Source: a virus
Taxonomy: Duplodnaviria; Caudoviricetes
DNA: 29,639 bases
Strand: one strand, 5' to 3'
Virus record (IMG/VR): IMGVR_UViG_3300009095_000054
Location: 1-29,639 of that record
Shown piece after piece: positions 8,095-15,979 of this stretch. The position numbers were made by a program, and so were the translations under genes. The first letter of the stretch is position 1, and each line of letters opens with the position of its first letter. Under the pieces are notes generated by a model, which was not told where the DNA came from, made no database searches, and worked only from the letters and a program-made list of their open reading frames with translations.

Positions 8095-8568
8095 ATGGAC
8101 GAGATATATTTTCGGATACCTGGCAAGCCAATTGCTAAAAAGACTCATCGAACCAAAGTTTTTTTAAAAAACAAAGGGGGAAGAATTGATGTCCAACGGC
8201 AAACCTATTTCCCACAAAGCAAAGAAGCCTCAGACGTTCGGAAGCACCTTAAAGACCAATACAATAGTGAGCCTCTTGATACTGCTCTTTTTGTGCGCTT
8301 CGTATTTCACATGCCTATACCTTCTACATGGAATAAAACCCAGAAAGCTATGGCACTCGACGGCCGACTCATGCCTATCGGCAAACCCGACGTATCCAAT
8401 CTCGCAAAGTTTTACGAAGACTGTATGAATGGGATCGTTTATTCGGACGATTCTAGAATAGTCTGGGTTTCACCACTAAAGAAGTACGATGACGAAAGCT
8501 ACACAGAGATCTTCATCACCCCCTTCTCCTTGGAATGCTATGCTCGATTTCAGAGAATGGCTGCCTAG
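8095..8568 (+). CDS. rusA: RusA-family Holliday junction resolvase
   Basis: IPGKPIAK..R, F.MPIP..W, KPDVSNLAKFYEDCMNGIVYSDDSRI, K.Y motifs. Confidence 0.93.
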   Translation: MDEIYFRIPGKPIAKKTHRTKVFLKNKGGRIDVQRQTYFPQSKEASDVRKHLKDQYNSEPLDTALFVRFVFHMPIPSTWNKTQKAMALDGRLMPIGKPDVSNLAKFYEDCMNGIVYSDDSRIVWVSPLKKYDDESYTEIFITPFSLECYARFQRMAA

Positions 8569-8965
8569 GGAAAGGTTTGAAGAGCTAATAGAAAAAAGTA
8601 AATCGGATAGTTTAACTCAAGATGAGCGCAAAGCTCTCATTGAAGAACTCTGCTATTTTGGCTGCCCACATGATGAAATAGCTACGCTTCTCAATACCAC
8701 ACGAGAAGCTCTCATGAAATGCCATCGGGTAGATATGAATCGAGCAGAAGTGCGCTGGCGTGTAGATCTGAGAAAAGCCCAAGCTCTCAATGCTTTTGCC
8801 AATCGGGGAAACTGTACAATGCTTATGTGGCTTGGAAAGCAGTATCTTTCTCAGAAAGAAGATCCCCAATTAGAAATTAAAAAAGATAAATTTGATGAGT
8901 TTATTGAATGGATGAAATCCCAAGCTTCTTTGGAATCTCCGCTAAGCAAAGAGATTTCGTCGTAA
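8540..8965 (+). CDS. terS: Terminase small subunit
   Basis: HTH (GCPHDEIATLL) and the MLMWLGKQYLSQ motif. Lies directly upstream of TerL. Confidence 0.8.
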   Translation: MLDFREWLPRERFEELIEKSKSDSLTQDERKALIEELCYFGCPHDEIATLLNTTREALMKCHRVDMNRAEVRWRVDLRKAQALNAFANRGNCTMLMWLGKQYLSQKEDPQLEIKKDKFDEFIEWMKSQASLESPLSKEISS

Positions 8966-10212
8966 ACTCAGATGCGAGGTACAATCTTCTCGTAGGCTCC
9001 GTACGCTCAGGCAAGACTTTTGCTGAAAATATCCGTGTGGCCAGAGCTGCGCGTGAATCTCCTGCAGGTGATGGAATGCTTATAGGAGTCTCACGTGAAT
9101 CTCTACAACGTAATATGGTGAAACCTTTATGCGATTGGCTATGTATACCCGCTCCGACTTCGAAAGCCTCGTCAATGAATCTATGGGGAAGACATATTCA
9201 CTTACTCGGAGCACCCGACGAGAGAGCACAAGACAAGATAACTGGATCTACGCTTGCGTGGGCTGCTATAGACGAGCTTACCCTTATTCCTTATGGATTG
9301 TTCAAGATGCTCCAATCACGTCTTTCTGTCAGAGATGCGCAACTTTTTGCTGGCACAAACCCTGATAGTCCATTTCACTGGGTAAAAAAAGAACTCATTG
9401 ATAACGATAAAATCGATCTCAAAGTCTGGAACTTCAATTTAGAAGATAATCCCTCTTTAGACGCTAAATTTGTTGAAAACATCAAAAAAGAGTATTCAGG
9501 CATCTGGTATCAGCGTTATATCGAGGGAAAATGGGTGCTTGCAGAAGGCGCTGTCTATCCATTTTTTGATTATGATATTCATGTCATCAATCACCCTCCT
9601 ACTTTTGCAAAAGAATATATTGTGGGCGTGGACTATGGAACCACAAACCCTTGTGTTTTTGTCTTAATTGGCATTGATCGCACTCAGTTTCCCAACATTT
9701 GGTGTGAAAAGGAGTATGTATATGATTCTTCGCAAACTAATCGTCAGAAGTCTGACTCCGAATACGTGGATGATCTTGCAAGTTTTATTAACGGCTATAA
9801 CGTGAAGGCAATCTATGTTGATCCATCAGCTACTTCCTTTAAAGTTGAATGTAGAAAGCAGGGAATTTCCCAAGTTTTTGATGCAGAAAATGACGTGCTC
9901 AATGGTATCCGCTATCAGTACAAGCTTCTTCTCAATGGAACCTATAAAGTTTGCAAGAATTGCACCCGAACCATTGAAGAATACGGTAACTATCTATGGA
10001 ACAAGAAACAAGCGGAAAACGGTAAAGAAGAACCTCTTAAAAGACATGATCATACCAAAGATGCGGAGAGGTATGCGCTTTTCACGCATCTTTTCGATAA
10101 GGATGGACAAAGATTAACAGCAAACGATATCGATAAAATCTACAATAAAGCCTATGGTTTCCAAGATGATCTACCTTATCCTTTTAGACAACCTGGTCAA
10201 TTTGGTCGGTAA
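8908..10212 (+). CDS. terL: Terminase large subunit (PBSX/Terminase_6 type)
   Basis: Walker A GSVRSGKT, Walker B AAIDE, TNP motif, nuclease motifs GVDYG, VDPSA and DHTKDAERY. Confidence 0.96.
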   Translation: MDEIPSFFGISAKQRDFVVNSDARYNLLVGSVRSGKTFAENIRVARAARESPAGDGMLIGVSRESLQRNMVKPLCDWLCIPAPTSKASSMNLWGRHIHLLGAPDERAQDKITGSTLAWAAIDELTLIPYGLFKMLQSRLSVRDAQLFAGTNPDSPFHWVKKELIDNDKIDLKVWNFNLEDNPSLDAKFVENIKKEYSGIWYQRYIEGKWVLAEGAVYPFFDYDIHVINHPPTFAKEYIVGVDYGTTNPCVFVLIGIDRTQFPNIWCEKEYVYDSSQTNRQKSDSEYVDDLASFINGYNVKAIYVDPSATSFKVECRKQGISQVFDAENDVLNGIRYQYKLLLNGTYKVCKNCTRTIEEYGNYLWNKKQAENGKEEPLKRHDHTKDAERYALFTHLFDKDGQRLTANDIDKIYNKAYGFQDDLPYPFRQPGQFGR

Positions 10213-10371
10213 ATTTTTCTTCCGATAAAAATTTAAATTTAATACATGTGATAGCAACAAGGAGCTATCATGGCCGTCATGCAAAGAGTTATTTTAGTAA
10301 CAGTTAATCCTAAATACTTGATAGAATCTGACCGCAAAAGATTACTCGCTGAGAAAAATAGGAGAGATTTT

Positions 10372-10602
10372 ATGAACTACATAGAAATGGCAGAAGCCGT
10401 GAAAACAGGTAAAAAGGCTAGACGTGCCTCTTGGCCAGAGGAGCAATACATTTGGTTTGCAATGCAAATGATGTTGCATACACACCCTTATTGGCCAGAC
10501 CAAGGGAAGGTGCGGTTCGCTGACATAGATGTGGAAGCATTTCCCTATATCTGTGAAAAAGACGATGCATTAACTACAGATTGGGAACTTGTGAGTGCAT
10601 AA
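10372..10602 (+). CDS. DUF2829 / Tad2-like protein
   Basis: MNYIEMAEAVKTGKKARRASW...DDALTTDWELV. AGGAG RBS at this start; the alternative start at 10270 also has an RBS. Confidence 0.75.
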   Translation: MNYIEMAEAVKTGKKARRASWPEEQYIWFAMQMMLHTHPYWPDQGKVRFADIDVEAFPYICEKDDALTTDWELVSA

Positions 10603-11263
10603 TTTTTGCATTCTTCTATAGCACTTATTCTTTCTAGGAACCTTTATCTTAGGAAGTTTAAGGGTAGGAGCGATGGCTCTGCATGTAACCTTGTGCACGA
10701 TTGCCGTAGGGATGAATTTGTTCGTTATGAAGCAGATCAATCTCTGCGGCTTAGATGTCACTGCAACAGATTCTTTAGCAGTCGCGTATATTCTAGGCTT
10801 AAATCTTTTTCAAGAGTATTACGGAAAAAAACAAGCGCGATTTCATGTCTTTATCTCCTTCATGATTTGTGGGCTGTTTTGTTTAATGTCTATCCTCCAT
10901 CTCAGCTATACCCCTAATTCATATGACTTAATGAATGGACATTATGTGGCTATTTTGTCTAACATGCCTCGTATCATCATCACCTCGATTTGTTCTTTTA
11001 TTTTAGTCCAATTTCTCGACATTGCATTTTTTCAGTATCTTAGGGAAAGGATGGAGAAGAAATGGTTAATTTTAAGAACTACCATTTCCCTTATTCTTTC
11101 CCAAGGTTTAGATACGCTTATCTTCACATTTTTTGCTCTTTATGGCTTAGTGGGCAATATATGGCACATCATGATTGTGAGTTTGGCGATAAAACTTATT
11201 GTGATAGGGTTATGCGTTCCCATTACTCACTTGTCTAAAAAAATGGTAAAGCCTTGCGCATAA
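10595..11263 (+). CDS. yhhQ: Queuosine precursor transporter (YhhQ/VUT family). In-frame TAG at 10619-10621; intact ORF from 10673
   Basis: NLFVMKQI..G....D......L.L.QEYYGK, PRII..S......Q.LD, R...S..LSQ.LDT.IF motifs. Multiple TM segments. Confidence 0.88.
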
Positions 11264-11351
11264 TTTGAAAAAACTCTTATATTTATCTCGACATCCTTGA
11301 TGTTCATTTTCGGTTTATTTCGTTAATTGTAGGGTATGTAGTTCTTTGAGC

Positions 11352-11379
11352 AAGCCCATCTAAAAGATGGGCTTTTTTT
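11352..11379 (+). terminator. Intrinsic terminator
   Basis: AAGCCCATCT-AAA-AGATGGGCTT followed by a T run. Confidence 0.85.
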
Positions 11380-11383
11380 CTGT

Positions 11384-11412
11384 TTGAAACTCTTAGGGAA
11401 AAGCATTAAAGT
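11384..11412 (+). promoter_or_regulatory. Sigma70-like promoter for the portal gene
   Basis: TTGAAA-17 nt-TAAAGT immediately after the terminator. Confidence 0.5.
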
Positions 11413-11438
11413 AAAATAAAAAATTTACTTGATAAAAT

Positions 11439-13466
11439 ATGGCTCTTTTCCCCCAACTTGATCCCAATTATTACATCCCTCAAGATGATAAAAATCTCCT
11501 CGTAAAGATGGATCGGGCTTATACAGAAGCCATTACGATCAATCAATCCTTCTGGTCTGAAGCAGATATGGATACTCGCTTCAGGGAAGGCGATCAACAA
11601 CTATGGTCGGATCTCTTCGGAAACCTTCCTTCATTTAGGAAACGGGTATTCAATTTCAACCGCATACGTCGGGTATGCAACATGATTACAGGATTTCAGA
11701 GAAAGCACAGAAAAACCACTGTGATTACTCCTCGTGAAAACTCTAGCATGGTCACGGCAGCTCAGTTCACTAAGCTCATGTTTTGGCTTATGGATTACAC
11801 TGACGGCTATGAGATGATCTCTAAAGCATTTGATGGTTCGATCACGACAGGCATGAACCTTTTGAATGTTTGGCTCGACTACCGCAGTGATCCGATTTCT
11901 GGTGATCCTAGAATAAACCATATTGCCTACAACTCCTTTTTGATTGATCCCTACTTTAGGAATCCTGATTTAAGTGACTGTAATTTCATTTGGATGAGGC
12001 GTTTTTATACAAAACCGGAAGTTAAATCCCTTCTTCCTCATAAACGTGATGAAATCGATGCTTTAATGACAGGTGGATACAGAGACGGCAAATTTCAATT
12101 CATGCCCGAATCTTATCAATATGGCTTGAGAAATCTCATGACATATGACGAGTACTGGTACAGGGATTATAGAGAAGCTAAGATTTTAGTGGATACTAAA
12201 ACTGGTGATACACTCGAGTGGAAAGGTGATGAAGCAATTCTCAAAGATTTTTTAAAGCTTCATCCAGAGCTTGATGTCATCAATGAGATTATCCCTACTG
12301 TCTCTCTAGGAATCGTTGTACAGGGTAGAGTAATGTATCATGGGAGAAATCCTCTTAATATTGACATGTATCCCTTTGTGCCATTCTTCTGTTACTTTAA
12401 TCCCGATATGCCATATTTCCCCTGGAGAATTCAAGGAGTGGTGAGGGGATTAAGAGATAGCCAATATCTCTATAACCGACGAAAGATTATAGAACTGGAC
12501 ATTCTAGAATCTCAAGTCACCTCTGGCTTCAAATACAAGGAGAATGCCCTTGTAAATCCAGCGGATGTTTTCTTGAATGGGCAGGGAAAGGGGATTGCTC
12601 TTAAGCAAGAAGCCCAGATGACAGACGTTGAAAGGATCGAGGCTCCTAACGTTCCTCCTTCCATGATTCAACTTTCTCAAATTCTCGGTGAAGAGATTGC
12701 TCAAATTTCTGGAGTCAACGAAGAACTTCTAGGATCTGCCGTAGACGAAAAAGCAGGCGTTCTAGCGATGCTTCGTCAAGGAGCTGGGCTAACTACACTC
12801 CAAATCCTCTACGATCAACTGGACTTATCCCAGAAGCTCCTAGGCCGATTGTTAGTTCAGATCATGCAAAACAACTTCACTCCGGGAAAAATCAAACGTA
12901 TAATCCAGGAAGAACCATCCCCCGAATTCTATCATAAAGCTTTTGGGAAGTATGATGCGGTGGTTGAGGATGGGTTGAATACTTCTACTCAAAGGCAAAT
13001 GCAATTTGCTCAGCTCTTGCAGCTTCGAGAGCTCGGAATTCCAGTTTCTACAAAGATTCTTGTGGAAAACTCAACTCTCTCCAACAAACAAGAGCTTATC
13101 GAAGATATTGCCCAGGAAGAACAGCAAGCCAGCCAGCAAGCTCAACAACAGCAGCAAGCTCAGATTGCTCTACTCCAGGCTCAAATCGAGAGCTTACAAG
13201 CCAAGGCTGTGGCTGATCATGGACTTGGAATTGAAAGAGCTTCGCGAGTCAAAGAGAACTCAGCTTTAGCAATCGAAAGGCGTGCTGAGGCTGAAAAAGA
13301 TCAAGAAATGGCTGTACTTAATTTTGTCAAAGCTTTGAAAGAGCTTCAAACACTTGATCTGACGAATATAAAAACCCAAGTGGAGATTATTAATGCCATC
13401 AAGCAAGACGAAGTACGAGAGGAAAGTAACGAGCAACTTCCTCAACCAATCCAAGCCACCGCCTGA
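11439..13466 (+). CDS. Portal protein (P22-like, with C-terminal coiled-coil barrel)
   Basis: 675 aa. F..GDQ, FNRIRR..NMITG, IDP, YPFVP, GVVRGLRDSQ..YN, ISGVN...G motifs and a Q-rich helical tail. Follows the terminase. Confidence 0.92.
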   Translation: MALFPQLDPNYYIPQDDKNLLVKMDRAYTEAITINQSFWSEADMDTRFREGDQQLWSDLFGNLPSFRKRVFNFNRIRRVCNMITGFQRKHRKTTVITPRENSSMVTAAQFTKLMFWLMDYTDGYEMISKAFDGSITTGMNLLNVWLDYRSDPISGDPRINHIAYNSFLIDPYFRNPDLSDCNFIWMRRFYTKPEVKSLLPHKRDEIDALMTGGYRDGKFQFMPESYQYGLRNLMTYDEYWYRDYREAKILVDTKTGDTLEWKGDEAILKDFLKLHPELDVINEIIPTVSLGIVVQGRVMYHGRNPLNIDMYPFVPFFCYFNPDMPYFPWRIQGVVRGLRDSQYLYNRRKIIELDILESQVTSGFKYKENALVNPADVFLNGQGKGIALKQEAQMTDVERIEAPNVPPSMIQLSQILGEEIAQISGVNEELLGSAVDEKAGVLAMLRQGAGLTTLQILYDQLDLSQKLLGRLLVQIMQNNFTPGKIKRIIQEEPSPEFYHKAFGKYDAVVEDGLNTSTQRQMQFAQLLQLRELGIPVSTKILVENSTLSNKQELIEDIAQEEQQASQQAQQQQQAQIALLQAQIESLQAKAVADHGLGIERASRVKENSALAIERRAEAEKDQEMAVLNFVKALKELQTLDLTNIKTQVEIINAIKQDEVREESNEQLPQPIQATA

Positions 13467-13467
13467 T

Positions 13468-13517
13468 TCAAATAAATTATTGATAAAATGCTGGCAAAAT
13501 GTTAAAAAATATTTTAA
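13468..13517 (+). promoter_or_regulatory. Conserved ~50-bp promoter/operator element, copy 1
   Basis: TCAAA-N6-ATTGA and TTAAA-N6-TTTAA palindromes around TTGATA. Similar to 18421-18471. Confidence 0.55.
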
Positions 13518-13595
13518 AGACGTATGCTCAACGTTCACCATCAGGTGAAAACAGCAACGTATGCTAAACGTAACAGCAACTCCTAGGGGGAGCCA

Positions 13596-13883
13596 ATGCC
13601 TAAACACTATTCCAATAAAAAATCAATGGCAATGCCACGTGATCCCGCCAAAATGGGGAACATGAACAATGAAACTCAGCTTTACCATATGGGGAAATCC
13701 TATTATGGGAAAGGATATGGCGAATTTGCTAACTTGCCCAAAGAGCCAGATTATGAGCAGTATCCCAAAGCTCGTAAATATCTGGATACAGAGCATTATC
13801 CTGACACTATTAAAGAGATCGATTCTGACAATGACTTTAACTACGGAAAAGTAGCCAGTCACCTTTCGGATTCGATGTACTAA
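13596..13883 (+). CDS. Hypothetical phage protein
   Basis: GGGGAG RBS. ANLP...YP pattern. Confidence 0.75.
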   Translation: MPKHYSNKKSMAMPRDPAKMGNMNNETQLYHMGKSYYGKGYGEFANLPKEPDYEQYPKARKYLDTEHYPDTIKEIDSDNDFNYGKVASHLSDSMY

Positions 13884-13944
13884 AATGCTGAGACGTTCGG
13901 GAAAAGCAAAAATTATTTTTGATTCAATAATGAAAGGTGATGAA

Positions 13945-14127
13945 ATGGCCAAGAAAAAACAAGGCTACAATGCTCGGTTGGATGAGTCTTTAGGGATGCG
14001 TCGCCGAGGGAAGAAAAAACAGTCAATGAAGGCACGGCGCGATGAGTCCAAGGGAGCTGAAAAAGTCTTCCGCGGTCATGCTTATGGCAAAGTGGCTTCG
14101 ATGGATAAAGGCTCAAAAAAAAAATAG
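13945..14127 (+). CDS. Small K/R-rich basic protein
   Basis: MAKKKQGYNARLDESLGMRR... after AAGGTGA. The ORF could start at 13885. Confidence 0.7.
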   Translation: MAKKKQGYNARLDESLGMRRRGKKKQSMKARRDESKGAEKVFRGHAYGKVASMDKGSKKK

Positions 14128-14178
14128 GTTAATCCTATGCAGAGCTACCTCTATGAATCCCAATACTAGAGAGTATCC

Positions 14179-14316
14179 ATGAAGAAAAAAGAAGCTTGCT
14201 GTGAGTGCTGTGCTCACGGCAAGCCATGTAAAGGGAAAAACCATGGCCAAAGAAGTAAAAATCGGCAAAGGCATGGAAGTAAAGCGCGGAAAGCTCAAAG
14301 AGCTAAAAAAGCGTAA
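14179..14316 (+). CDS. Possible 45-aa Cys/Lys-rich peptide (MKKKEACCECCAHGKPCKGK...)
   Basis: Translated by hand. GAGAG upstream. Overlaps the next gene by 74 nt. Confidence 0.35.
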   Translation: MKKKEACCECCAHGKPCKGKNHGQRSKNRQRHGSKARKAQRAKKA

Positions 14317-14524
14317 AGGTTCCTCTAATGTCGGCAAATACAAATCCGTCTCGAAGAAGTCTTTTTGTGGACCGTCTGGCGGCGCTGCTGCTGGCTCCTA
14401 TCCAGTGGATACGAAAAAAAGAGCGCGTGCCGCTCTCGCTTATGCGAGAAATGCACCCAATCCATCGGGCATTAAAGCTTGCGTCAAAAGGCATTATCCT
14501 TCGATGGGGAAAAAGAAAAAATGA
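14243..14524 (+). CDS. Small K/R-rich basic protein
   Basis: MAKEVKIGKG...SYPVDTKKRARAALAYA. AAGGG RBS. Confidence 0.75.
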   Translation: MAKEVKIGKGMEVKRGKLKELKKRKGSSNVGKYKSVSKKSFCGPSGGAAAGSYPVDTKKRARAALAYARNAPNPSGIKACVKRHYPSMGKKKK

Positions 14525-14838
14525 CAGCAGCAGTAGCAACTCAATCACGCATTTACAAGAAAAAGAAAAAAAAAGTAGCTGATTGGAGAGCCTATTCCCC
14601 TCCTTATACCGTCGGTAAAGACGAATTCCATTACTGCAATGTCAAATATGATTATGACGGCTGGGCAGATGCTTACCAATTCAGACCATATCCTTACGAT
14701 TTAGTTAACATTAAAACCGATCTTCATTACCGCACCGGATGGTGGAATGGTAGTTCTTGGGAAGGATTACGGCTTAAAGAGGAAGAAAAAGTATTATATT
14801 GGAAGAATGTAAGACATGAAACGTTCAGTCAAATCTAG
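14521..14838 (+). CDS. Hypothetical aromatic-rich protein
   Basis: ATGA coupling. DGW...P.PYDLV...GWW.G..W.G pattern. Confidence 0.7.
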   Translation: MTAAVATQSRIYKKKKKKVADWRAYSPPYTVGKDEFHYCNVKYDYDGWADAYQFRPYPYDLVNIKTDLHYRTGWWNGSSWEGLRLKEEEKVLYWKNVRHETFSQI

Positions 14839-14935
14839 TAAAAAGAAGACACCATTACCCAATGGTCAATTAATGAATATAGCCACTCAAGCGGTAGCTG
14901 ATGCAAAAGCGAGTAAGACTACAGGCTTGAAATAA
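14816..14935 (+). CDS. Possible 39-aa basic peptide (MKRSVKSSKKK...)
   Basis: Translated by hand. Overlaps the end of the upstream gene. Confidence 0.35.
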   Translation: MKRSVKSSKKKTPLPNGQLMNIATQAVADAKASKTTGLK

Positions 14936-14992
14936 GGAGAAGCATGAATTTTTCTATACTTCCCCAATTTCTACAATTGTTGCACTGGATAA

Positions 14993-15175
14993 TTAAAATT
15001 CCCAGTCTAGGCTTGTAGAGATTTTAGGTTTATGTTTTGGTTTACATCCATCTTGGATTTCCCATTCACAGGAAGGGTTGATCCCGAAATGGTTTGGTTT
15101 CATGGCTTCTCTCATATTTGGAGAACAGGCACAGCATACTAAGCTTAAAAGCGCGAAATAAGCATATTTCTTCAT
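14993..15175 (-). CDS. Small putative lipoprotein
   Basis: MKK, hydrophobic stretch and lipobox-like LVCCAC. C-terminus ...SLDWEF. Confidence 0.65.
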   Translation of the reverse strand: MKKYAYFALLSLVCCACSPNMREAMKPNHFGINPSCEWEIQDGCKPKHKPKISTSLDWEF

Positions 15176-15411
15176 TCTTTGATTCCGTTTTCTATGATTG
15201 ATCTTATGATTTTGTCAGCAAATATTTTTCTGTCTTTGGGTGGCACATAATCATGCATGAGCCTTAATAGAGCAAAACATAGAGAATTAAGACAGATATC
15301 TAAGTGAGAAATATCTTCATTACAATATTTCTTTCTCAAATATCCATAGAGATAAACGGATTCTTCATTACTTATTTCAGTTTCTCTCTTGGTGATTGGA
15401 ATTTCCATCAA
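15172..15411 (-). CDS. Hypothetical protein
   Basis: Coupled by 4-nt overlaps on both sides. Confidence 0.65.
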   Translation of the reverse strand: MMEIPITKRETEISNEESVYLYGYLRKKYCNEDISHLDICLNSLCFALLRLMHDYVPPKDRKIFADKIIRSIIENGIKE

Positions 15412-15686
15412 TCTCGCTCCCGTGGACCATATTGATTACAATTGCGATTGGTACATTTCCCATTAGGATCTAATGCCCAACCACACCTTCCACATTGTCC
15501 GTAATATTCGGCTGCATAGATACCATTGCCTTGATATGAAACACTGTAGACAGGCTTTAAATCGCCACAGAGATTAATTAAAATACCTTCAGATGTCACG
15601 TTAATTTTTTCAGAGGCGATGACATATTCTTGCGCAAAGGCAGCTAAAGGAGAAAAAAGGAGAAGAAAAATAAATAGTTTATTCAT
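15408..15686 (-). CDS. Small exported protein with C-terminal Cys4 motif
   Basis: Signal peptide ending AFA. CGRC...CTNRNC. Confidence 0.7.
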   Translation of the reverse strand: MNKLFIFLLLFSPLAAFAQEYVIASEKINVTSEGILINLCGDLKPVYSVSYQGNGIYAAEYYGQCGRCGWALDPNGKCTNRNCNQYGPRERD

Positions 15687-15913
15687 TCTTTGTTAGCCCA
15701 ATTTTTACGATCTTCTTCAGAGTGGGGAGCATGATCTGGATCAATCTCGTCCAATTGCTTCCTTTCGTATCGATTGCCTGGATTCTTTTCATCATCTTCC
15801 GCTTGTATTTCTTCAGGGGAGCGCGGATGGGCTGGATTTTCGAATGCACAAGCCGGATGAACATAAAATCCGAAGCTTAAAAAGGCTAACGAAATATAAA
15901 GAAATCTTATCAT
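15683..15913 (-). CDS. Small exported acidic protein
   Basis: Signal peptide ending ACA, AGGA RBS, ATGA coupling. Confidence 0.65.
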   Translation of the reverse strand: MIRFLYISLAFLSFGFYVHPACAFENPAHPRSPEEIQAEDDEKNPGNRYERKQLDEIDPDHAPHSEEDRKNWANKE

Positions 15914-15979
15914 GACAGTTCCTAGATTTTCTTTAATTTTACTACCAATTAATGAAAAATTGGTATTTAAATTAAAATT

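Noticed and set aside
10213-10600. preQ1 riboswitch upstream of yhhQ
   Set aside because: No preQ1-I hairpin with an A-rich tail was recognisable, and most of the region is coding.
10619-10621. Genome-wide TAG reassignment
   Set aside because: The long genes are uninterrupted in code 11, TAG ends several genes at sensible positions (6249, 8568, 27005), and no suppressor tRNA was seen.
13115-13165. CAG/CAA-rich repeat
   Set aside because: It encodes the Gln-rich coiled coil usual in P22-like portal barrels.
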